A stretch of 64,000 bases of DNA from Cyanobacteria bacterium P01_D01_bin.156 (GTDB lineage Bacteria > Cyanobacteriota > Cyanobacteriia > Phormidesmidales > Phormidesmidaceae), in the NCBI GenBank assembly GCA_039024555.1, contig JBCCQQ010000026.1, positions 12,239-76,238 on the forward strand. Direction: 5' to 3'. The position numbers and the translations under genes are program-made. How positions within the stretch are numbered: position 1 is the stretch's first letter; the number at the start of each line of letters is the position of its first letter. This document shows, one piece after another, positions 21,770-30,399 of the stretch. The notes beneath the pieces were generated by a model, which was given only the letters and a program-made list of their open reading frames with translations, made no database searches and was not told the origin of the DNA.

Positions 21770-22453
21770 GTGAGACAGCTAAAGCAAAACACCCATGAAT
21801 TAGTTCTACGCTTTTCCTATTGGGGGCACTCGCACATCGCTGGTGGAGTGACAAATTTGGCACGGCTGGGAGCCTTAAGTTTAGGGCTGATGGCTTGGTT
21901 GGGCTATCAACAGGCTCCAATCGTGTGGATTGTTTTAATGGCGGTGGGGATTTTGCTGATCTTGATGGAGCCATTTGTGCCGGCCTTGTATCCAGAAATT
22001 GCTACCTGCATTTTTAATAAGTCATCAAATCTATTGACGATTATTCACGAGATTCCTAGGGGACGAAAGCGACAGCGGCGGTTAACCCAATATCGATTGA
22101 GCCAGATCGATAAAGTTCATGTCTATCGACAGCGAATTGGCCTGTGGCGCTGGAACTATGTATTAATCATCGGCATCTCTTCTCCGGCTGATACCTTAAT
22201 CCATGTCAACGGGCTATCTGATCAGGTACTTATCCAAACAGGGACTAACCCCATTCAGCTCTTGTCTAAAACAGTGCGATATCACCTGGGGAAGCGTACC
22301 TTGGTTGATTGGTCGTTTATCACTGTTCCCCAGGGACTAGAAACCACCGATATCGGTCGTCGAATTGTAGCTCGCAATTCTATGGAACGTTTAGATAAAC
22401 ATGATTTGCGCCGGTTTGCTCAAATTATTGAACAGTTTATTTGGGCTCCCTGA
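21770..22453 (+). CDS. Hypothetical membrane protein
   Basis: 227-aa ORF with two N-terminal hydrophobic segments. Confidence 0.6.
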   Translation: MRQLKQNTHELVLRFSYWGHSHIAGGVTNLARLGALSLGLMAWLGYQQAPIVWIVLMAVGILLILMEPFVPALYPEIATCIFNKSSNLLTIIHEIPRGRKRQRRLTQYRLSQIDKVHVYRQRIGLWRWNYVLIIGISSPADTLIHVNGLSDQVLIQTGTNPIQLLSKTVRYHLGKRTLVDWSFITVPQGLETTDIGRRIVARNSMERLDKHDLRRFAQIIEQFIWAP

Positions 22454-23285
22454 GGGGATGTACGAGTCCCAGTCCTAGGGTGGTCTTTTGACCAATGCCA
22501 CAATAGCGACTAAAGCTGACCAGGGCATTGATGCGCTTAATGGTCAGCGGATCGGCAGTAGGTGAAATTTGAAAGGCGATGGCACCTAAACACCCCACCG
22601 TGGTTTCATTGTTGCCCACGGCCATGGGTACGGTTTTGAGGTCAAAGGTTTTGGCACTTATTGGGGCAATCGTATTCGGGGCAAAGACCAATCCACTGTA
22701 GCGATTCCAGCATTTTCGTAGACCGTGAAAAATAGCATCCCGTGTGGGTAGCGGAGACTCTTGATTTCCCTGACAGAATACGGCGGGGGTCAGTAACTTG
22801 AGGGTCATTTCTAAATGCCGGTCAGATGCCTGCTGATACAGCTGGGAGTAGCTGGCGTGGTTGGTCCACTCGGGAATATTGGTCGGTAGGAAATTGGTGA
22901 TGTGTAATCGACTTGGCCCTAAATACCAGGGTTGACGAGCCGCTACCTTTGCTAACCGCGGACTGATGTGGGCAAACAGGGTGTCATCCAGCAGAGAAAT
23001 ACGCCACCAGCAGTGAGCCCCCGCTGGAATTGAGGTGTTGGTAAAGGAGACTGTCCCCTGCTGCTGGGGCATCAAAAATTTGAGGTTGTTGGTAATAGCC
23101 GGTGACTGTGGGGATATCTGTAGCGGGCTCAGGGTAAAGGCTGGTTTGGTTTGTAGGGTTTGACTAAGATTGCTATCAACGGCACTGACTAGAGCTAGAA
23201 ACAACCGATATAAGTAATGGCCTCTAAGGTATTGATGCGGAATGGTTGATTCTGAAACTAGGCTAATGACTAGGCTTTCTGGCAT
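22437..23285 (-). CDS. cas6: CRISPR-associated endoribonuclease Cas6 (stand-alone)
   Basis: N-terminal MP.SLVISL, FTLSPL, WWRISLLDDTLF, C-terminal G-loop YCGIGQKTTLGLG. Confidence 0.9.
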   Translation of the reverse strand: MPESLVISLVSESTIPHQYLRGHYLYRLFLALVSAVDSNLSQTLQTKPAFTLSPLQISPQSPAITNNLKFLMPQQQGTVSFTNTSIPAGAHCWWRISLLDDTLFAHISPRLAKVAARQPWYLGPSRLHITNFLPTNIPEWTNHASYSQLYQQASDRHLEMTLKLLTPAVFCQGNQESPLPTRDAIFHGLRKCWNRYSGLVFAPNTIAPISAKTFDLKTVPMAVGNNETTVGCLGAIAFQISPTADPLTIKRINALVSFSRYCGIGQKTTLGLGLVHPLREPK

Positions 23286-23740
23286 ACCGTTGGACTGATA
23301 ACCCCAATAGCCATAGCCGCCGCCAGCTCTGCTAGGACTGCGACGCCATTTTGTAAGACGGCTATATTTCCCTTTTCCAAAGATTGGGCTCGATGTCCGG
23401 GGAAGTCAATTGATTGTAGGGTCATCCTGACAATTAGCCGCAGCAAAACCCCCGAATTAGTGGATGACTAACCGGGGGAACAGCAAACTGTGCAGACTGT
23501 AACGGGATGTTTGGTCGATGGTTTTAGGGGTACAGTTCAGACAATAGCTATCTGTAGCATTGTGCAGTCTACAGCCTAGAAGATTGGTAGAAACCTCTAA
23601 CAGCTATGGACTACAGGCGTGGGCACCAAAATTGTCGTTATAAATTTAAGAAGGATATGACAATCTGTAACCCTGTTTGATGGATAAAAGTTGACAAACT
23701 ACCTTGAGGAGTAGTGACAGTACAAAATTTAGAGGGATTA

Positions 23741-23938
23741 CTATTTGAGAAGACGAGTGATGCGGATATCGTATTCAGTTGCACTGGGGTATTCTTGGCC
23801 AGCTTTAGATAGGGCTGTATCGTGGGCATCGGTGCGGCCGTTGGCATTGATTTCGTAGCGGGTGGCCATAATGCGACTGGTGGCATTATTTTTGCCAGCG
23901 CATTCTTTAATGTCAACAAACACTTCAAATGTGTGCAT
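23741..23938 (-). CDS. Small hypothetical protein (65 aa)
   Basis: AAGGAG RBS before ATG (MHTFEVFVDIKE...DIRITRLLK). Confidence 0.7.
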   Translation of the reverse strand: MHTFEVFVDIKECAGKNNATSRIMATRYEINANGRTDAHDTALSKAGQEYPSATEYDIRITRLLK

Positions 23939-24220
23939 GGTAGGCTCTCCTTTTTCACCAGATAGCAATAAAAGTTTGGTGAATACCCCAAGTATGTTGC
24001 GTAGATCTGGGATCACTGGTGAGCAAGCTGAAAAGACTTGATTAATCTTGGAAAATCGACACAACTTCTTTGAGAAAGATAAAGCAAGCTATTGGTAGAC
24101 CGATAGGTGCAAGGCTATAAATTTGGTAGGGCGATCGCACCAGGGCAAAAGTTGGTGCGGTATGATATCACCCGAATAAGCTGCCAGTACGCAGCTGGGA
24201 ACCACCACGGGAGAATAACT

Positions 24221-24514
24221 GTGACTATTTACATCGGCAATCTATCATTTCAAGCCACCGAAGACGACATTAGGGATGTATTTGTCGAATATGGTGAAGT
24301 GGCTCGAATTACGTTGCCTGTAGACCGAGAAACTGGAAAACGTAGGGGATTTGCCTTTATCAATATGGTGAATGATGAGGAAGAAGACCTCGCCATTGCC
24401 GAACTGGATGGAGCTGAATGGTTAGGCCGTGAGTTGCGAGTCAACAAAGCCAAACCCAAGGGCGACGACAATCGTCGTTCCAACCGGAACAATTTTTCTA
24501 GAAACCCTTTGTAG
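24221..24514 (+). CDS. RRM RNA-binding protein (cyanobacterial Rbp family)
   Basis: RNP2 IYIGNL, RNP1 RGFAFI; GGAG RBS before GTG 24221. Confidence 0.93.
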   Translation: MTIYIGNLSFQATEDDIRDVFVEYGEVARITLPVDRETGKRRGFAFINMVNDEEEDLAIAELDGAEWLGRELRVNKAKPKGDDNRRSNRNNFSRNPL

Positions 24515-24521
24515 ATCAAAC

Positions 24522-25406
24522 CTAGGATAGGGCGATCGTCATGCCCTCACGGGCCAACGATACCGTCGGTTCAAGGTCTTGCAGCTTGGTTGCCAAGACC
24601 TCTAGAACCTCATCGGTTTGGCGAGGACCGTAGTGCACCATGGCCAGCTGCTTTACCTGAGCCGTTTGTGCGAGCTCTATGGCCGCTTGCCACGGTGGCG
24701 CAGACGAAGAGATTTTAATTTGATCGCACATATCAATGTAGGTGCCATCGTAAATCAGCAAATCTGCCTCCTGAGCATAAAACACCAGACTTTCGTCCAA
24801 CTGCTCATGGTTAGTATCGGTGGCATACACCACGCACTTGTCAGCGCAGCGTATGCAGTAACCCAGGGCACTATTACTACCGCTGAGGCTAATCGGTTCA
24901 ATTTCTACATTTCCCAGCCGGATAGTTTCACCGGGAATAATTTCATGGAACATCAACTTGGCCTGCATCTTTTGAAGCGGTACCGTAAACCCCGGCTGCA
25001 GCATTTGTGTAGATAAGCGCTGCTTAATGGAAGCACCGTTTGCCGCAGTTCCTCCATAAATATGAAACTGATTGCCAGGTTCAAACGCAGGCAAAAAAAA
25101 TGGAAATCCTTGAATTCGGTCCCACTGGGTATGGGTAAAAAATAAATGCCCTTCAATGGGTTGAGCGTCTTGGCTCAGCATTTCCCCCAAGCTTCGGAGG
25201 CCCGTCCCAGCATCAAAAATCAACCGTTGTTGGTCAGCTACAATTTCAACGCAGACCGTGTTACCGCCATAGGATGCAGTGGCAGGTCCTGGTGTTGGAA
25301 CACTGCCGCGGACACCCCAAAATTTAACCGCAAGGCATGGTGGAGACTTTTGGATAGTTTCGTTGCCCAACATATAGGCAGATACAGTCACAGCGTGTAG
25401 GTCCAA
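24522..25406 (-). CDS. MBL-fold metallo-hydrolase (degenerate metal motif)
   Basis: FWGVRGSVPTPG, YGGNT, DAGTG; HxHxDH reads HTQWDR. Confidence 0.85.
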   Translation of the reverse strand: MDLHAVTVSAYMLGNETIQKSPPCLAVKFWGVRGSVPTPGPATASYGGNTVCVEIVADQQRLIFDAGTGLRSLGEMLSQDAQPIEGHLFFTHTQWDRIQGFPFFLPAFEPGNQFHIYGGTAANGASIKQRLSTQMLQPGFTVPLQKMQAKLMFHEIIPGETIRLGNVEIEPISLSGSNSALGYCIRCADKCVVYATDTNHEQLDESLVFYAQEADLLIYDGTYIDMCDQIKISSSAPPWQAAIELAQTAQVKQLAMVHYGPRQTDEVLEVLATKLQDLEPTVSLAREGMTIALS

Positions 25407-25668
25407 ATTTCACGCATACTCAACATAGGTGATTCGTCAGACAGTCAGTTGATTGCAGTCCAACTAAAACTCACTATGTTTTGTATGCCCAAATTAGCAA
25501 ATGAGATAGATGCCGATGGCTCACAATCAGTTGAGCTTTAATTTTTCAATTGATTGTAAAGCCATTGGGACACATTTTATACGCTGATGCACCCGTGGAA
25601 TACCGATGGTTGTGCACCCATTTTATCCGGACGATTATTCAACCTCTTGCTGAAAAGAGCCATACGAT

Positions 25669-25698
25669 ACAAGCTGCTGAGTATATCCAGCAGCTTGT
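25669..25698 (-). terminator. Hairpin downstream of ppa
   Basis: ACAAGCTGCTG-N8-CAGCAGCTTGT. Confidence 0.55.
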
Positions 25699-25736
25699 CA
25701 TAGGTATCTATTCGTAAAAAGGCATTAAAGACTGGA

Positions 25737-26246
25737 CTATTTAGCCGCTGCAATGCACTGTTCGATCAGGGGCTGAACGTCATCTAACCCTTTCCAACCC
25801 AGAATTTCAGTTACTTTCTTTTCAAGGTTCTTGTAAGTCTTAAAGAATTCTGCAATTTCATCTAGGCGATGAGATGCAATATCATCTAGGGTCTTTACAT
25901 CCGCATAACGTGGATCTTCGTCAGGAACACATAGAATTTTTTCATCGCGATCGCCACCGTCGATCATTTCAAGCATACCGATGGGACGAGCTGCAATTAC
26001 ACATCCGGGAAATGTAGGCTCATCCATCAATACCATGCCGTCTAGAGGATCACCATCATCCGCCAAGGTATTGGGAACAAAGCCATAATCATAGGGATAC
26101 TGGACCGAAGAAAATAAAACTCGGTCTAGGGCAAAGGCATTTAAGTCCTTATCAAATTCGTATTTATTCTTGCTACCACCAGGAATTTCAATCAGGACGC
26201 TGATCAATCCTGGCTTTGGTTGAGCAGGAATACGAGATAAATCCAC
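25737..26246 (-). CDS. ppa: Inorganic pyrophosphatase (family I)
   Basis: [31 protein letters not shown]. Confidence 0.97.
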   Translation of the reverse strand: MDLSRIPAQPKPGLISVLIEIPGGSKNKYEFDKDLNAFALDRVLFSSVQYPYDYGFVPNTLADDGDPLDGMVLMDEPTFPGCVIAARPIGMLEMIDGGDRDEKILCVPDEDPRYADVKTLDDIASHRLDEIAEFFKTYKNLEKKVTEILGWKGLDDVQPLIEQCIAAAK

Positions 26247-26353
26247 GATACTTCTCCAACTACTTGTAATTAATCAGGATTAATCCCATAAACGGTTTAA
26301 CCCGATAGCATTTTAGGAGAAAAGTGAGCCAGCACCCATGGTGGGCTCATATC

Positions 26354-26539
26354 TTATTCGTTTGTTTGTATTGATGAATAGGGTACCCCGGTCAGATTAT
26401 CCACGTTGGGTAAGGAAAAATAGGCAACCGTAAACAGAGGCAAGGTCAACGTAGCCAGGGCAATCACAGTACCGATAAACTGCGCTAGGGGACTATGGTG
26501 GGGCTCGGAGTTAGACTCTAACTGACTGGCAGATTCCAT
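26354..26539 (-). CDS. Small single-TM hypothetical protein
   Basis: MESASQ...IGTVIALATLTLPLFTVAYFS. Confidence 0.6.
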   Translation of the reverse strand: MESASQLESNSEPHHSPLAQFIGTVIALATLTLPLFTVAYFSLPNVDNLTGVPYSSIQTNE

Positions 26540-26881
26540 GCTAGGAAATGTACAGAACAAGTAAAAAACAGATAACGCCACTGAATGTTTTGTTGGGCGT
26601 CTATGGGTAAGAGAGACGTTTTTAATCCCACCTAGGGCGGTCTGTTCATAAGAAAAGGTGTATTAACGGGTATAGGACATCCACTAGAGTAAACACCAAG
26701 TAACCTGCACAAAATCCGGACCAGCGAACAAAACTGTCTATGGCCTGCTTGATTCAAGGTTAACATTGGTTTGAAAATATGACCCAGCCAAACTTGCTGC
26801 AACCGACATCGGAATACCTTGACTTTCTGACGTTAGAATTCGGAAATCAGAATTTTTCTAGCTTAAGTGTCACCCATTTAC

Positions 26882-27271
26882 CTAACGATCTTGCTCTAGC
26901 AAATCTCGAATTACTTTAAGTTCGTCTAGCACCTGGCGTAGGAGCTGATGGGTCAACGTTTCTGTGGGCTGACTTACTTCAATGGTGACCTGTTTAATGC
27001 CGAGAACATCCTGGGCAAATCGGGCCACTTCATTGGGATGAAACATCAGCGGATCGTCTTTATGCTGCCTGCTTTCAGGGTTGAGTCGCTTATGGTCAAA
27101 GGCCGGATTTAGCTTGAGAGGCTCCGTATTGGCATAGCGATAAACCGACGCCCGCGAGCGGTTGAGTACTTTTTGGACAGCCTCAACGGTCATCAGATTC
27201 TGGGTTGTAGCATCCACGGTACTAATGGCGGCAGTAACTCCATCCAGGGCGTTGGCTAAATCAGAAGACAT
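26882..27271 (-). CDS. Conserved cyanobacterial HTH protein (excisionase/AlpA-like, often labelled 'resolvase')
   Basis: LMTVEAVQKVLNRSRASVYRY HTH; C-terminal coiled coil. Confidence 0.8.
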   Translation of the reverse strand: MSSDLANALDGVTAAISTVDATTQNLMTVEAVQKVLNRSRASVYRYANTEPLKLNPAFDHKRLNPESRQHKDDPLMFHPNEVARFAQDVLGIKQVTIEVSQPTETLTHQLLRQVLDELKVIRDLLEQDR

Positions 27272-27397
27272 GGAGGCTTTATATCGTGGTTATGGTTAGA
27301 CACACTTTACTGATATTGAGCCTCACGTCAATACTTGGTTGTCTATTGTTAAGACGTTGATGGAGTGAAACAGAATGCTAGATCGCGTAATTTATTT

Positions 27398-27682
27398 GTC
27401 TCAAGATAAGATTATCTGTATTGCAATAAGTCTAAAGTTAATTTTTTAAATCTCATTTTGAGATAAATAATCGATAGTCGACACTAAGAAATAGCGCCCT
27501 TTTTCCAAATTTGGAACGCGATTGTTTAATTTCTTCTGGTTGAGACTTCTACGTCAATAAGAGTTTTTGAGATAGCACTCATTTTGTTGAGACCATGACT
27601 GCTAAGAATGTCTCTGTCTCATTTTAAGACTTATGTTATCTACTTAAGTCTATTTATGACTCTATAAATCTTAAAATGAGAC
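27398..27682. promoter_or_regulatory. Cluster of RTCTYA-N3-TRAGAY palindromes
   Basis: ATCTCA-TTT-TGAGAT 27450, GTCTCA-TTT-TAAGAC 27616, ATCTTA-AAA-TGAGAC 27668, plus half sites at 27398, 27541, 27568, 27588. Confidence 0.65.
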
Positions 27683-27809
27683 TTATTTGTTTTATTAGCT
27701 GCGTAGCGATCGCAACTCCGAGATAACTCATCTCTTTGCCTTGACGCGACTAACCAACTTTGAACTAAACGTCACAGGGCAGATTCGTTTGTTCTTATGA
27801 ATTAGCTGA

Positions 27810-28223
27810 CTATGCTTTTGCCTGAAATTGTTCGCGAATGGTTTCCATTCGTTTGCGGTTTACGCCTAGGTCTGACTTGCCGAGTCGAGCTGCTGCACGT
27901 ACTTGGATAACACCTGAATTGGGTGCGGCATAAAATTCAACGTCGTCGACAAAACCCATTAGTTTGCTAGAAAACTCGGCGTAGAGATAGGTGTCGGTAG
28001 CTTCATTGATGGTGGACCGCTCCATGCCTTCGATGATGCTTTTGAGGAGTGCGATCGCATCCGCTGGAGATTTATCTGTGGCAATGGGGGCAATGTAGTG
28101 TTCGTTATCGCTGGTCTCTGCCTGGGTGCTGACACAGTTGGGGGTGCCTGGGCAGGCGAGGAGCTGTCCTTGGGTTACTCCTAAATTGTCGGGACGCTTG
28201 CCGGAAAATGAAAAGAGAGACAT
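27810..28223 (-). CDS. DUF1499 family protein
   Basis: LLACPGTPNCVST, GFVDDVEF, RLGKSDLGVNRKR. Confidence 0.9.
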   Translation of the reverse strand: MSLFSFSGKRPDNLGVTQGQLLACPGTPNCVSTQAETSDNEHYIAPIATDKSPADAIALLKSIIEGMERSTINEATDTYLYAEFSSKLMGFVDDVEFYAAPNSGVIQVRAAARLGKSDLGVNRKRMETIREQFQAKA

Positions 28224-29364
28224 AACAACACCCTTTGCGTACAGTAGACGGCAGTGACTCTGGGCTATGGAAAACCAGGACAGACGGAATTAGCCCAACG
28301 GCTCTAAGGCTCATTAAAACGGATAACTGTCAGGCGGTTGAATTCCTTATTCTTTCTTTATTGTACGCTTGAGGTGTTTCGATATTTAAGGAGTGAACCT
28401 ACGTTGGTTAATCTCTCTCGATTTGGCTCTTCTTTGTAAACAACAATTTTTAGGAAGTCCTTCGTTTGAATGCACTTGGACCGCGAGGGGCAGTCACTTC
28501 GTCCTTGGGAAAGGGCCGTTGCTGGTTGGCAACTGGATTTACTGAATGTGGATATGGCGTGGAAGTGAATCTTAAAGTGAGATCGATGGCCTCTTTTTGA
28601 GTCCTGTTGTGGACTACTTAGTCTTTATTTGAGAATAAGCCTGAGCTGCGTTTTTGGTTAAGCGAGTGGCTTGGCTAAAAACCGATAGAGGCGATTTCCG
28701 TTGATTTTGCTGCGGAGTGGCAATGGAATGAATGGATCGTGGTCCACAGTAAAGATTTGTGGTTTTTAAAAGGCTGGATGCTTTGTGGGGTATGGTTTAG
28801 CTGCTGCTTAAAAGGTGGCTAAACACTTCAGAAAAATATGGCTTATTTTTAGTCCATTTTTAGTCCACTGGACTTACAGACTCTTATAAAACCCTTGACA
28901 TTATTGGGATTTTATTTTTTGAATATTTGCTTAGTACGCAACTAGTCAATCGCGTTTTCTGAGCCTATGCAGGTATTCGATATTCAATCACTGCTGGGAG
29001 GGAGTCCCCCCTTGTCAGATACGTGAAGAAGGGGCGGGCCAAACAACAAGGCGATATCCTGATTAATCGACCTCGCCGTAACTCCTAATTAATGCCATTA
29101 AGGACAACCTAGTAGGCTGGGTTGTAGGGCGGCCTCCCGGCCCTGCCCAGAGGGTTTGGGGAACTCGGCGGGACCCCAAGCAACCGGTTTTGGCTCCCAT
29201 TCGAGCCGATGATTCAGTATCAACAAACCCACAAGCCTTACAGATTTTCTATGGTAAACACGAAATAACCCTGCTCTCGAGAGGGGATTTGGTCGGTAGT
29301 CTGCTGGATGGTTCTTGCCTACAATGATGTAGTCGATACCCTGCGTATCTGGTAAATCACCCCT

Positions 29365-29691
29365 ATGACGCTCCAGTAACTTCAACCTCAGCTATTGGCA
29401 CTATCTCCAGAAGAAAAAGCTCAGGCTATAAATCTATTGGTGGCCAGTCTTACTGATAGCTGGCCGAGAATACAAAAAACGGCGGGTGTGATGGGTGGTG
29501 ATGCCTGTATCCGTCAAACACGAATTCCGGTTTGGTTGTTGGTAAGTTTGCGTCATCAGGGGGCAACTGAAGCTTATTTGCTTGAGGATTATCCAGATTT
29601 GACGGCAGCGGATTTAGCAAATGCATGGCTCTATGCAGATGCCCATGCAGATGAGATTGATGCTGCTATTCAGCGACAGGCAGCGGCATAA
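29365..29691 (+). pseudogene. DUF433 antitoxin with in-frame TAA at codon 5 (possible restart at TTG 29395)
   Basis: ATG ACG CTC CAG TAA CTT CAA CCT CAG CTA TTG...; downstream GVMGGDACIRQTRIPVW...YPDLT DUF433 motif. Confidence 0.7.
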
Positions 29692-29693
29692 CC

Positions 29694-30038
29694 ATGGCTC
29701 GACTTTATTCAGATGAGGGGTTTCCTAAAAAGGTTAGTGAAAAACTCAAGCAGCTGGACCATGATGTTTTGACTGTGCAAGAAGCGGGGCAGGCTAATCA
29801 AGGTATTCTAGATGATCAGGTGCTGGCCTATGCGACAGACAAAAATCGGGCTGTATTGATCATAAATCGGGCAGATTTTATTCGTTTACATCGGCAGAGT
29901 TCTGATCATGCTGGTATTGTTGTTTGTACAGAAGATTTGAACAGAGAGAGATTAGCGAATCGAGTTCATGCAGCCATTTCGAAGGAAGATACGCTGTCAG
30001 GAAAACTTATTCGCGTGAATCGACCTGACAAGGATTGA
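29694..30038 (+). CDS. DUF5615 PIN-like toxin
   Basis: LYSDEGFP, HDVLTV, DDQVLAYA, NRADF, HAGIVV; coupled to DUF433. Confidence 0.85.
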   Translation: MARLYSDEGFPKKVSEKLKQLDHDVLTVQEAGQANQGILDDQVLAYATDKNRAVLIINRADFIRLHRQSSDHAGIVVCTEDLNRERLANRVHAAISKEDTLSGKLIRVNRPDKD

Positions 30039-30074
30039 AAGTAGATATTCAGACTATTCATGATACAAGAATCT

Positions 30075-30314
30075 TTATTGATATTTTTGGATTAGATAAT
30101 CGGTGTAATTATTCGTTAGTGATTCGTCTGTCAGCGCAGCGCCAGGTTGTTTGGCAATTCCTCTAAGACTGGTCAAAGTCCCTGCTGGGATGAATCGTTG
30201 CCCAGTAGGTGTCTGTGTTTTTTGCTGGATAAACTGGGCAAATAGCCAGACTAATTTAGCCTGTTCTTCTGGTAGTTGGTTGACTAACTCGTATATCGTT
30301 TCGGCTATAGTCAT
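30075..30314 (-). CDS. Small DUF2281-like protein
   Basis: IYELVNQLPEEQAKLVWLFAQFI...YLIQKYQ. Confidence 0.65.
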   Translation of the reverse strand: MTIAETIYELVNQLPEEQAKLVWLFAQFIQQKTQTPTGQRFIPAGTLTSLRGIAKQPGAALTDESLTNNYTDYLIQKYQ

Positions 30315-30399
30315 TGCGCTAAAAAAACCGAGGTGCTAACGCGCCAAAGAGGGAAAAGAGAAGAAAGAACAAAGGGCAAGAAGGAACCAGGGCAAAGGG

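Noticed and set aside
23286..23740. CRISPR array next to cas6
   Set aside because: No repeated 28-40 nt units with spacers; only scattered TACAG/ACAG words.
28464..28497. GTTTGAATGCACTTGGACCGCGAGGGGCAGTCAC, superficially like a CRISPR repeat
   Set aside because: Single copy; no second repeat seen.
29098..29385. 95-aa minus-strand ORF
   Set aside because: No recognisable motifs; overlaps a REP-like sequence and the antitoxin start.
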